Position numbers and translations under genes: made by a program
In this document: positions 37,201-46,379 of the stretch, in pieces
How the letters are laid out: every line of letters begins with the position of its first letter
How positions within the stretch are numbered: the stretch's first letter is position 1
Virus record (IMG/VR): IMGVR_UViG_3300008108_000034
Coordinates: 15,320-79,319 of that record
DNA length: 64,000 nt
Direction: 5' to 3' (one strand)
DNA from: a virus
The notes under the pieces: model-generated
What the model was told of the DNA's origin: nothing
Database searches by the model: none
Seen by the model: the letters and a program-made list of their open reading frames with translations, nothing else

Positions 37201-39232
37201 GCATCACAGCTTGTATCAGAGCGGAATCCTTATTGTTGAAGTATTGCATCTTGTTGCCGGAACCGACAGCATCACGCATGTTCTCGGCATATTCAGTCTG
37301 CAGTTTTATGTTCTTGACATGTTCACTGAGGATTGTTTTGGAATCACTTTTGTAAAAATTGTTGAGGATGTCTATGGTTCTTCCAATGGATTCCTGATGT
37401 GACTTGTCACCTACCAGGTTTTTGGAGTATTGGACACTGTTCACCACAGGATTCACAAACATACCTGTCATGGCACCCATGAGGAAAACCTTGGCACCCT
37501 GTTTTGTCATCTGTGAATCAATAGCCTCTTCAAACGACTTACCCCAAGATGCGGGATCACCTTTGTATATATCACCGTAATAATCCAAAAGATAGTGGTT
37601 GGTACCTTCTTGGATGTTTTCCTGAAGACCTTCTACAACCTGGAAGTTGGTGACACCACGTAGTGTGCTTTTTCCAAGTTCCCACGCCATCACTTTGGAT
37701 CCGAAATCGTTACGGATCTGGTTCGCAATACCGAATGTTCCAAAAAGTCCTTGGAATCCTTTCAACTGATAATGCTTTGGAACACCTTTGGACACCACTG
37801 TTTTGATTCCAAGTTCCTTTGCAAGACCTCCACCTATGCTGTTCTTGAGTTGTGAAAGAAGTCTTGAGTCCAATCCAAACTTACCAAGCATGTTACCGAA
37901 CATCAGCTTGTTGCTGATACCCAGAATCGCAACGTTTGTACCGTAAGCAGCAGTTGCACTTTGTAAAGCAAGATTCCTCATTTCAAGAAACTGTTCACCA
38001 GTGACTTCCTTTTTACCACCTTCACTCTGGTAGTCCATCATGCGGGTTAGAAACTCATTGTAGGTTCCACCTGCTTCAATCGCCGCTTCACCTGCTGCCA
38101 TCTGCCATTCTGCAAATGAACGTCTGAGTCCTCCTGCTCCGATCTTTGCAAGTTCAGCGGTTGTCAGTCCAGCACCACGTGCTTGACGCATCACTCTTCC
38201 TGCATCAGCAACACTTCCTAAAAACGGAACTTTTGAAGCTATGTTCAATGCATTGTCCCAGACATCGACACCCAGTTTCACACCGTTGAGTCCAACATTG
38301 GATGATGCATTCATCAAACGGAGATTCTCCAGATTTGACTTTCCAAGTTTGCTGTAAGGTTGACCGATGATGTATCTGGATCCCCCTGTTTCAAATCCTG
38401 TTTGTGTCGCCATTCTAGTGGCATCATCCGCAGTCGCTCTTGCAACATCGTCAATAGCTGACTTGGAGAACAATCCTGAAAGGAAGTTCATCACCTTGTT
38501 GGTGCGTTGACCTTGTGCCACAACAGCTGCTCCAGCTGCAAAGGGATTCACTCTGCTGATTACAGCTGTGGCCGCCCATTCCGCTCCAAGTTCACCAAGT
38601 GTTCCGAATGTGAAACCAAGGTTTTGAAGTGTTTCCGCAAGAAAGGATTTTGTAAGGAAATCATCCTGACTTTCACCTGGACCAAGAAACAATGGATTGT
38701 CAAGTCTGCTTTGCGCCTGCATCCTTCCCAGTTCCGCAATACGATCTTCGGATGGAGTCAGATAATCAGTATTCATTGTCAATAATGCAGCTGCGGTACG
38801 CGGCCACACATATGCTGTTTCTGCAAACGCAGCAGAGAAGTTATCTTTGAATCCCGCCCAACCGGTGGCTAATGCATCCCACTTATCCCAGTTCTCATAT
38901 GCAACACGCTCATGATCGATTCTAGGATCAAAATTGTCATTATATATTCCTGGAAAATCTTTGAAACGCTCCTTTATGTCAGGATCATAACCTCCTGTCT
39001 CAATCGGACCCCTCAACCTTTCCTGGTTGAACTTGTTGTCCATTATGTTGACAGCGTTCAGAAACGAATTTGAATTCGGTTCCGTAGGATTCTGTACAGG
39101 ATCAGCTGAAAAGCTTGACTCAGGATCCGTGTAAGCGGGTTGAGTCGATGCATCAGTTGTCTCAATGGCATGGTCAGCCAATGAGTTGTCAAATTCGAAA
39201 TCGTTGAAGTCTGAACCGAGAATGTTTTCCAT
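34262..39232 (-). CDS. large putative virion cargo/ejection protein with Gly/Ala-rich membrane-like segments
   Basis: 1656 aa. Hydrophobic G/A segments (~38517-38620, ~37440-37490), coiled coils; lies next to the vRNAP gene. Confidence 0.7.
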   Translation of the reverse strand: MENILGSDFNDFEFDNSLADHAIETTDASTQPAYTDPESSFSADPVQNPTEPNSNSFLNAVNIMDNKFNQERLRGPIETGGYDPDIKERFKDFPGIYNDNFDPRIDHERVAYENWDKWDALATGWAGFKDNFSAAFAETAYVWPRTAAALLTMNTDYLTPSEDRIAELGRMQAQSRLDNPLFLGPGESQDDFLTKSFLAETLQNLGFTFGTLGELGAEWAATAVISRVNPFAAGAAVVAQGQRTNKVMNFLSGLFSKSAIDDVARATADDATRMATQTGFETGGSRYIIGQPYSKLGKSNLENLRLMNASSNVGLNGVKLGVDVWDNALNIASKVPFLGSVADAGRVMRQARGAGLTTAELAKIGAGGLRRSFAEWQMAAGEAAIEAGGTYNEFLTRMMDYQSEGGKKEVTGEQFLEMRNLALQSATAAYGTNVAILGISNKLMFGNMLGKFGLDSRLLSQLKNSIGGGLAKELGIKTVVSKGVPKHYQLKGFQGLFGTFGIANQIRNDFGSKVMAWELGKSTLRGVTNFQVVEGLQENIQEGTNHYLLDYYGDIYKGDPASWGKSFEEAIDSQMTKQGAKVFLMGAMTGMFVNPVVNSVQYSKNLVGDKSHQESIGRTIDILNNFYKSDSKTILSEHVKNIKLQTEYAENMRDAVGSGNKMQYFNNKDSALIQAVMHAKRTGTMDYMTEFLNGYGDNFSPTEFQEAFGYSPQDLGKSSPKEVMDEIAGNVKRYSDLYDKYQTKYGLMLSLDQYMGDDAGRMKYSIRKAALMDAITTVAFAEAKGQQSTIRSEEILRRLSSLPSIGNSLSSSFNTIISPDEIRDNMLVLNNEIKTLEEGTDKSPRVLEMIKDKKREKELLETMEKDMYEVVEEEDPNDATKIIRYTVPKKTRVKSEMDSAASVLSEYLEIKNRQNGINTAVNQQEVRDALNDIYDYVTLGRDHNEYIQAVNLLSDPDNFTKYYENIMDARAGAHARRLYEDYQEMGKISEVGKNFIETPEVKKLMDDLLAFSKTPYGTYNNYSKLQKIMDEVVKKKDELVLGKLQEIFAEQVEQDKKKTEERIKQERILQSKSPVNIEELYNNPDTLQQAEEYMAMRYDFEDLANNFPFESTDLSQRKVTRYYLHPDGTRIAFEKQITVHTEYDLYQTGELVPIDNMEILKEYLKIREQMNYDVSLRETPTSQQTDEKTEQIDDEKAKLANHVGNTVVVAGNTGTLQMNEDGGFYVEYPDGTRTELPDSNEESSFNDYTDISPAYPLLPEEDKELISPTSNPVVESTESGEMTIDYVVDVEDGVKSVKSIIINGVVWNIEYNDKGEITGFVRDYERKKGNKTRMVRERLKLAEPYDLTYGPKQEAKYVGYRTASERKAQQYAALVNSHLQLTMADIPESIEEMQEMSDILDQAIAAVDNIIETESVEQRTRREIVDQFKLNKIINVNTPENITLLRTKFGNPETRSQMTQDELVELALWASDLRKSIKKNWSIYINNPIVNGYLTQLTKEYINPIDQLLTEQDKKDGTRGQKQRTATRRNTTKKERAEKSAKADKSGKRKPGAETVQGEPATKKGRKRKSVAEAIDQVEKTAEKKRKKAARSQREGVTADKVQKVSLRNDTKKINKIGVRKISRIQDSIRNSDSTLLRDPNVNPFSSLNSNSTYCE
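34507..34686 (-). CDS. candidate overprinted 59-aa helical protein inside the 3' end of the 1656-aa gene
   Basis: Alternate frame MEQEDKNKEQLRVEILRKRNELKSLLKLISPENANQVLKQYKESLQQKKVERESQLPKQ; purine/A-rich context GATAAGAAAG-ATG. Confidence 0.45.
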   Translation of the reverse strand: MEQEDKNKEQLRVEILRKRNELKSLLKLISPENANQVLKQYKESLQQKKVERESQLPKQ

Positions 39233-39240
39233 ATTGAAAC

Positions 39241-42075
39241 TTATTGCCAGTACCTGAGTCTATTGTCTGTCCAAGGTATGTAATTTCCGTTTCCTGTGGA
39301 AGCTGCGGTTGCATTGTTTGTAACCTTGTTGTTACCGTTGGTTGTTGTGGACATCTCCTGCTGAAGCGACAAACCTTCTATGTATTCACGCACTTTTCTG
39401 TCGTTTTCAGCACCATAGACCTGATCACTCAGATCAGATGCACTAACGCCTGTGGATGTCGTAATATCAATAGTCTGTGAACCAGTGTTCCTCAAATCAA
39501 AAGTGGCATACAATCTACCATCCGCACCAGAGTTCAATGTTCCTCCATTGAGATTTCCATAAAGCGTTTTTGGAAAACTAGCTGATCCGTTCTGAGATAC
39601 TCCACTAACCCAACTGCGTGCAGCAGGATATATGTCCGCACCAACAAGATCACGAAGCTTTTCAGCAAGAGGGTTCTTTATTTCAACAAGCTGTCCTTTG
39701 GAATTCCTATACGATTGCGGAGGTCCTACAATTTCCATTGCATTTGACCTGTCCAGGTAGAACTCCATGTAGTTCTTACCGCTCTCTGACAAGATTTTGC
39801 TTGTCTCCATGCCAAACACTTCACTTGCTCTCTTGGCTGTACCTTCACTCTTTACAAGATTAATAGGTATCCTTACTGCAATACGCGTTTGTCCATTGAC
39901 GGTTTTCAACGAAATCTTCATCTGGTCAGGATCAAAAACCTCTGAATAGTTCTTACCACCGACCATCTTGTCTCTGAAGGCTGCCAGTTCTTCTGTAGTC
40001 ATCTTATTATCACCAACGCTTCCATCAGGTGCCACTCCAGCTTCTTGTGCAAGGTTAATTACACGCTCCATGATTCCGTAATCAAAGTTTTTCTTCTTGT
40101 CATCGGCAACCCTGAAATCAATGGTTGACGCCTTCCTTTGAAGTTGTTCCTGCCATTTTGGAGCGTTTGGAATCATTTGTGCGTAAATCGCATCACCTTG
40201 ATCCTTGGGAAGACGGCTGATTGCTTGTGTGTTTATGAACAATTGTCCAGTGGTTGGATTTGCCAATATGTAAGGTCTGTATGTGGGATCATCCCTGAAA
40301 TCGTTCAATCGTTTTTGTTCCTGCGCAACCATGTCAGTATACGCCTGTCTGTTGTTTTGCGATTGGTTTATCGACTCCACAACCTTATGTCCCATATTCC
40401 TATAATATTGCGCATTTACTTTGGCGTTCTGAGCTATGTGTGTGGATATGGTGTTCCAACTCACCCTTTTCAATTCATTCACTGTATTGAAATATGTGGG
40501 ACCAACTTTTTTCAAATACGCTAAAAGCTGTTGTCCCTCACCGTCGGTAAGAGGCTGTCCATTTGCTTTTTTGTTCAATGCATTTGAAACTGTTGCAAGT
40601 TGATAACCGTTTCCTTCACTCAGAACCCTTCCGTCTCCTTGGGTAGCATGTCTTGCAGCAACAGCAAGATTGGTTAAATTTGTAAACGCCGTCAAACCTT
40701 TATCACGATAGTTTGCTTTTGACTGTGTGTAGTATCCTTGAAGATTGAACTTACCGATATCCTCGGGATTTCCTGTGGAAATCTGTCCGTCAGGAATCTC
40801 ACCTTTCTTTACCGCAAGTTCAACATCGCGATCGTATTTCAGATCAGCCATCTCTCTTTCAAACTCCTGTTCAGCACGCATCTTTGCCATTTGGAAGCGT
40901 TGACTGTCCTCTTGGAGTTTCACCTGATCTGCTTCAACCTTTGTGATTTCCTTGGATGCCCAGTTTATCGCAAACCGTTGAGCGTATTCGTTCTTGATGG
41001 AACTGAAATACATCTGCCCTGGATTCTCTGCAAACAGTTTTTGTGTATTGTCCTGAAGATCCTGGTCTGAAACCTTACCCATTTTCATCTTGTCAAGCTG
41101 GGAGGTAAGATTTTGTTTACGCTCCTGCAATGCATTGAGATACTCAAGACGTGTAGCATCAACACCTTTGGGGTATTCCCTTTTCAACTTGTCAACCTCA
41201 CGATCCACCTCATCGATGTTCTCCTTGAGGTCGTACATGTCGTCATTGTAATCCTTCACATAGGATTGAGCCATCTCAGTTGAAAGTTGCGAAATCGCCG
41301 CTTGTTCTGTAAGATTGGGATCAGCCTGCATCATTGACTTGACCTGCCTGTCCGCTCTTACAACCGCTTCAATACCAAACTGTTTGTCAAACTGCGTTCC
41401 TGTGGCATTCTTAAACCATTGGTTGAAGGTGCTTATGTTTTCCTTGGTCCTTCCGTTTGTACGGGTGACCATATACATTCCTTCAGAAGTTGGTTTGGTT
41501 ATTTCAAGTCCCTGGTCTTTTGCAAGATCATGTGCGTACTTGTATACATCCTCCCATGGCGCCCACATGTGTACTTGAGCTTTGTCAATCGATCCATCAC
41601 CTCTTTTGGTTTTGGAAAGACGCTCTTGTCCTATGGAAAGATACTCATCCATCACGGGATTCCATGTTGCACGGACATCCTTGTCCATGCTGTTTCTTGT
41701 GGAATTGCCTTTTGCAACCTGTGAATCCTGCAAGGATGTCTTGTAAAGATCGCTGTTGTATTCCTTGTCATTCACCAACGGATCGAATATCGACATCGCC
41801 TGTTGCATGTTGGCGGGATTGGTGAGATCCACCATTGCAACCTGTTTAAGATAAGCATCCGCCTTCTTCATGTAGTCCGCTCTGAACTGGACATTGTCAG
41901 CAGAGGAAAGCCGTTTGTTGAGAAGGGAGCTGTATGCGGATTTGAACTGATCGACTTTTGTGTCATATCTGGTCTGCATCGCATCGAGACCTTTTGAAAG
42001 AAACTCAAAGTCTATTATTTGCGGTACCATTCCTGGAACACCGCTACCGTCCACACCTTTTATAAATGTTGCCAT
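39241..42075 (-). CDS. putative virion cargo protein
   Basis: 944-aa helical/coiled-coil protein in the cargo gene block. Confidence 0.65.
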   Translation of the reverse strand: MATFIKGVDGSGVPGMVPQIIDFEFLSKGLDAMQTRYDTKVDQFKSAYSSLLNKRLSSADNVQFRADYMKKADAYLKQVAMVDLTNPANMQQAMSIFDPLVNDKEYNSDLYKTSLQDSQVAKGNSTRNSMDKDVRATWNPVMDEYLSIGQERLSKTKRGDGSIDKAQVHMWAPWEDVYKYAHDLAKDQGLEITKPTSEGMYMVTRTNGRTKENISTFNQWFKNATGTQFDKQFGIEAVVRADRQVKSMMQADPNLTEQAAISQLSTEMAQSYVKDYNDDMYDLKENIDEVDREVDKLKREYPKGVDATRLEYLNALQERKQNLTSQLDKMKMGKVSDQDLQDNTQKLFAENPGQMYFSSIKNEYAQRFAINWASKEITKVEADQVKLQEDSQRFQMAKMRAEQEFEREMADLKYDRDVELAVKKGEIPDGQISTGNPEDIGKFNLQGYYTQSKANYRDKGLTAFTNLTNLAVAARHATQGDGRVLSEGNGYQLATVSNALNKKANGQPLTDGEGQQLLAYLKKVGPTYFNTVNELKRVSWNTISTHIAQNAKVNAQYYRNMGHKVVESINQSQNNRQAYTDMVAQEQKRLNDFRDDPTYRPYILANPTTGQLFINTQAISRLPKDQGDAIYAQMIPNAPKWQEQLQRKASTIDFRVADDKKKNFDYGIMERVINLAQEAGVAPDGSVGDNKMTTEELAAFRDKMVGGKNYSEVFDPDQMKISLKTVNGQTRIAVRIPINLVKSEGTAKRASEVFGMETSKILSESGKNYMEFYLDRSNAMEIVGPPQSYRNSKGQLVEIKNPLAEKLRDLVGADIYPAARSWVSGVSQNGSASFPKTLYGNLNGGTLNSGADGRLYATFDLRNTGSQTIDITTSTGVSASDLSDQVYGAENDRKVREYIEGLSLQQEMSTTTNGNNKVTNNATAASTGNGNYIPWTDNRLRYWQ

Positions 42076-42089
42076 CTACGCGTTATTTA

Positions 42090-45000
42090 CTATGAAAGAA
42101 TTCCTGGAAATCGATAAGGAATGTAATTAGGTTGATGTTTCTGTTGCCTTTCTATCTCAATGAGTTTTATCAAATCAGCATCCGGAATTCCCTTACCTCT
42201 ATATTTATCATACAGATCAAAAGAATTTGATGATCCAGTACCTGTGAATGATCCAGGTACAAACATACCACCGTATCCAGGAATGTATTTGAAGTTTTCT
42301 TCCCTCATGTTTGTAGAAGTAAGATTCGTTGCGTTGGTATCACCCTGCATAAATGCTTTTCTTGCTTCCCTATCCATCGCAAGTTGTTCATTTGCATACT
42401 GCTGCTCGTTGGTTGCAACACCTGCAATGTAATCCTTTTTGTTCTGAGCATTATAGATCTGCTCCTTCATGCCTATTTCGGTGTTTACCTTTCCAGCCTC
42501 ATTGATTATTCCAGTGTTTCTTGCCTCATTCTGCGCCATTATATCCGCTGTCTTGTCTCCCATCTGACCTGCTACTCCTGATTGCATCGCTCTAAGGACT
42601 GCGGGATTTGCAGTTACACCTGTCATTTCACTCATGGCAGTTGCTCCTGCACCTTGTACACCTGCAACTTGTCTTGCAATGGCTTCAAGATTATATGGAA
42701 CACGTCCGAAGTTGGCGTTTATGTCAGCAGGACCTTTTGACTTGTAAGGTCTGTCACCAAGTGCACCGTAAAAATTGTACAGATCACCTTGCATCCACAA
42801 TGCAGGAATGTTCATTGGAGGTTGCCAATTGGGTTTACGAGTATCACAAAGGGGTTGAGCACCAGTGACAGGATCACAAGGAACTTCTTTCATTGTGTTA
42901 CCTGTGGGATCAACAGTGTAATCAGGACACTGGCATTTTTTTACTGGAGGATTAGTAGGAGGATTAGTAGGAGGATTAGTAGGAGGAGAAGTGGGTACGT
43001 CTTCTAGATTGATGAACTTCTGAGTACCTGCAATCTCCTTACCATAGTTCCATGCTCCTTCCTTACTTGCATCAACAAGTTCTGGCATGTCCTTGATTTC
43101 ATCCGCGGTAAACCCTTTATTTAGAAGATAATCAGTGTTGATTTTTCTGACTTGTTGATTCACCCATTGATTTGCAGCCTGATGTTTTTTAAGTTTATCG
43201 CTTGGATTTGTTTTTGCAGAACGAATATCCTCCTTGTACTGTCTCATACCTTCAGCTTCATTTCCACCAGCGGTTCCATATTGACCAAAATTAACACCAT
43301 TGGCTTTAAGATATTCAATCTGACTGTCTACACCTTTCCAACCACTTCCTGGGGAGTAGATATCACCTAGTCCTGTTACCCTACCACTTGCATCCTTTAT
43401 TTCAGGAACAAGCGTACCTTCTGAACCCCATGTGTATCCTGTAGATGCTGTTTGATGTCCCACACCTGATTCTTTAGCAGCATATGGTGCTCTTATCAGA
43501 TTGAGTTTATATTGTGGCTTTTGTGCAATTAGATTATTAATCCATTGTGCATACGCATCATCTGCAATATCGTATTCAGGTCCATTTTGATATTTCGGCA
43601 AATCTTTTTCACCTCCGTCTGCATATGAATCCTCAGCTTCAACCATGGTGTTTTCTATGGGATCATATATGAAAATAGAACCTCCTCTTTTCTTCTTAGG
43701 TGCAACATAGGTTGCAGGACTTCTCCTTAGTTCTTGCATTATGCTGTCTATTTCTGCCTGGTCAATATAACCTTTGGCCATAATTGATTGTCTCAATTCA
43801 TCATCACTTACCCTTGCAGGTGCATTGTTCACTGGAGGATTTGTAACAGGTGCTGTGGTCAAAGGAGCAGTCACAGGAACAGAGTCGGCAGTAGTAAGGG
43901 TAGCCGGAACAGGATATAAAGACGAATCAGGTGATACAAATTGACCATTTCCTAATGAATCAAGAGAAACAAGACCTGTTGTATCTTGTTGCACCACAGC
44001 ATCATCTTGAAGTCCGCCTCTATATAATCCTGTTTCAGGATTGGCAAGTCTGTGACCAAGGTAACCAAGTCCACCAAGTCCTACTGCTCCTGCTCCTGAC
44101 CAACCTAAGTAAGGAACACTTTCTTTAAGTATTTTTTTTGCAGCAGATTCAGATGGTAATGAAATGTTTAATCCAGGAAGTCTTCCTGCAGTATTGCGCC
44201 ATGCGTATCCTAAAGGTGATCTTATCTTTGTTTCTGGAAATTGCAATGCAAGTTCCTCAACCGGTATATCTTCAGCAGTAGTTAAAAGATTTCCTATGCT
44301 TCTATTATATGAGTTTGGACCAAACTGATCCGCGGCATCAACCGCTTTTCTCACATTTTCAAAAGCAGATTGTTGCGCTGGAGTAAGTGCATATTGAGGA
44401 TGATTTAGTTTTATAAGATCCATTACATCAATGTCTTGCAGTCTATTATTAAACCCACTCCAGAATGGATCATTGAATATTTCTCGTACAGTTTCAATGT
44501 CTTTAGTCAATTGTTCTTTTCCACCAACACTTTCAAACGCACGATTGGGTTTTTTAACAAGAGAAGGAGTACCTTCTCCAGTTACAAAACCTCTAGTACT
44601 TGGATGTCTTTTTCCTCCAAAAGTCTTACCTTCAAACCTATACTTTACTTTTGAAAGATCTCCTGGAAGAGATTCTGCTACATTAAGAGTTCTTCCAGCT
44701 TCATCCGCAATGTCTCCATACATCACATATGCGCTTTTAGGATTAGCGGTTGTAAAATATCTTGGAATACGATTTGTGAAAAGTGCCATCGTACCTAATC
44801 CTACTCCCGCACCTGCTCCTGCGAATTCACCAGGTGTTGTAAGTGGAAATCCACTCATCATGTAACCTAATTCAGGATTGGCTCTCAATGCTTGAGTCGC
44901 TCTTCCAAGACCAGCAGCACCTTCTCCGATTCTACTACCGAGATTTAAAGCTTGAGCACTTTTACTTAATCCTGGAAGTAATCCAAGAGTCGGATCCATC

Positions 45001-46313
45001 ATGATATCACCCATCACACCTTGTCCTGAAGGACGTCCCCTCAATGCATCGGAAAATCCGTATTCACCTGTACCTGACAGTTGATCAGCTCCTGCCTGCA
45101 TAAGTCTTGATGGGATTGCAAAAGGAGCAAGTGTACTCAAAGGTGTGTTGTACATTTCAGCTTCTTCAGGACTAAGACCAGGTGCAACCTGATCACCAGG
45201 TATCATGCTGTATAAACCTTGGATACCTTGACTACCTAAACCAGGTTCAGTTAAGAAACCATATTGACTGTTGCGTAACATCTCAAACTGCTCAGGACCA
45301 AGCTCTTGCATTGCTTTAAGTCTGTTGCCACGCAACATTGTCTTAAGGTCAGGATTTGCTTGAAACAGTTTGTTAAAGTAATTGGTGTTTACAGCTCGCT
45401 GCCATTTTTCAGCCATTCCTGGATTAGCAAGAATATCTCTTTTGGAATATCCTTGCAATAGGTTTGCACCTGGTTGGTTCGCAAGCCACTCATTAAAGTC
45501 AAGAAGATTTGAAGGTGTGCTTGCAGTAACGTCAACCTCTGGAAGATTTACGTATGGCAGTACCCCACTTGGATTTTTCTCAAAATTTGGAACAGCTCTG
45601 GTTACAACAGGATTATATTCTTGTGGTCCTACAGGTCCAAAGTCTTGATGGATTGGTAAAACTTTTCCTCCACGACGCATGATCTGTCCACCGAACTTGG
45701 CTTGAGGAGGTCCTTGTTGAGCAGGACTCTGTACAGCAATGTCTTTATTGAACAGAGGTTGTGATATGAATGGAACACCATCAGGGAATCCTTTCATACC
45801 TTCCTGTACCAATGCAAGCTGACCCAGTTTGGTCATGTTATTGTCAATCATGTACTGGGCGGTCTTCTTGTCGAGGTAGTCAGAATTAGGATCATTCAAT
45901 ATCTCAAAGTACCTGTTCAGGTCGTACCGCTTGGCGACCATTGCAGGAGTCACCGATTTGTTGGTATTGTATCCAAAGACACCCTTCAAAAGCTCTTTGT
46001 TCTTGATATTCAATGCTCTAGTGTCTGAAAACACAAAGCTTCCGTCAGGAACATTCAGAGGAGTACCGCCTTCACTGTGTCGTTTTCCACCGACAATAGT
46101 GTGCATGATGTTTCCATCCTTGTCTGGCCATACTACGGTCTCGTTCTTTTCAGCTTCAATGGTCGCCTCATCCCTGGGTATTGGACTCAGTGTATCCTTT
46201 ACCTGATTGGTGGTAGCTTTATCCTCGTAATTCCAAATACTTCCGGTTACAAGTCCGTAGTTGCGCTGGTCACCCATGCTACCACCCCTGACTCGGTTTA
46301 TCTTTACTTTCAT
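42090..46313 (-). CDS. modular putative virion cargo protein with GG/LxKxQ linkers
   Basis: 1407 aa. N-terminal EAEKNET...GGKRHSEGG...FVFSD domain; linkers AKFGG, MRRGGKVLPIHQ, KKKRGG, YADGG..LPKYQ. Confidence 0.7.
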   Translation of the reverse strand: MKVKINRVRGGSMGDQRNYGLVTGSIWNYEDKATTNQVKDTLSPIPRDEATIEAEKNETVVWPDKDGNIMHTIVGGKRHSEGGTPLNVPDGSFVFSDTRALNIKNKELLKGVFGYNTNKSVTPAMVAKRYDLNRYFEILNDPNSDYLDKKTAQYMIDNNMTKLGQLALVQEGMKGFPDGVPFISQPLFNKDIAVQSPAQQGPPQAKFGGQIMRRGGKVLPIHQDFGPVGPQEYNPVVTRAVPNFEKNPSGVLPYVNLPEVDVTASTPSNLLDFNEWLANQPGANLLQGYSKRDILANPGMAEKWQRAVNTNYFNKLFQANPDLKTMLRGNRLKAMQELGPEQFEMLRNSQYGFLTEPGLGSQGIQGLYSMIPGDQVAPGLSPEEAEMYNTPLSTLAPFAIPSRLMQAGADQLSGTGEYGFSDALRGRPSGQGVMGDIMMDPTLGLLPGLSKSAQALNLGSRIGEGAAGLGRATQALRANPELGYMMSGFPLTTPGEFAGAGAGVGLGTMALFTNRIPRYFTTANPKSAYVMYGDIADEAGRTLNVAESLPGDLSKVKYRFEGKTFGGKRHPSTRGFVTGEGTPSLVKKPNRAFESVGGKEQLTKDIETVREIFNDPFWSGFNNRLQDIDVMDLIKLNHPQYALTPAQQSAFENVRKAVDAADQFGPNSYNRSIGNLLTTAEDIPVEELALQFPETKIRSPLGYAWRNTAGRLPGLNISLPSESAAKKILKESVPYLGWSGAGAVGLGGLGYLGHRLANPETGLYRGGLQDDAVVQQDTTGLVSLDSLGNGQFVSPDSSLYPVPATLTTADSVPVTAPLTTAPVTNPPVNNAPARVSDDELRQSIMAKGYIDQAEIDSIMQELRRSPATYVAPKKKRGGSIFIYDPIENTMVEAEDSYADGGEKDLPKYQNGPEYDIADDAYAQWINNLIAQKPQYKLNLIRAPYAAKESGVGHQTASTGYTWGSEGTLVPEIKDASGRVTGLGDIYSPGSGWKGVDSQIEYLKANGVNFGQYGTAGGNEAEGMRQYKEDIRSAKTNPSDKLKKHQAANQWVNQQVRKINTDYLLNKGFTADEIKDMPELVDASKEGAWNYGKEIAGTQKFINLEDVPTSPPTNPPTNPPTNPPVKKCQCPDYTVDPTGNTMKEVPCDPVTGAQPLCDTRKPNWQPPMNIPALWMQGDLYNFYGALGDRPYKSKGPADINANFGRVPYNLEAIARQVAGVQGAGATAMSEMTGVTANPAVLRAMQSGVAGQMGDKTADIMAQNEARNTGIINEAGKVNTEIGMKEQIYNAQNKKDYIAGVATNEQQYANEQLAMDREARKAFMQGDTNATNLTSTNMREENFKYIPGYGGMFVPGSFTGTGSSNSFDLYDKYRGKGIPDADLIKLIEIERQQKHQPNYIPYRFPGILS
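42946..42986. repeat. 12-bp tandem repeat (about 3.4 copies) encoding a PPTN linker
   Basis: GGAGGATTAGTA x3 plus GGAGG. Confidence 0.9.
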
Positions 46314-46354
46314 GCTTTTTGGAAATTTATTTGTTGCTGAACCTCACTTACTTA

Positions 46355-46368
46355 AATATACTAATTTT
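46355..46368 (-). promoter_or_regulatory. putative phage late-promoter motif AAAATTAGTATATT
   Basis: Intergenic upstream of the 1407-aa gene; identical 14-mer at 60454-60467. Confidence 0.55.
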
Positions 46369-46379
46369 CCGTGAAGATA

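Noticed and set aside
42946-42986. Tandem repeat as a CRISPR array or regulatory VNTR
   Set aside because: 12-bp in-frame unit without spacers, encoding a PPTN linker. No CRISPR array was seen anywhere in the window.
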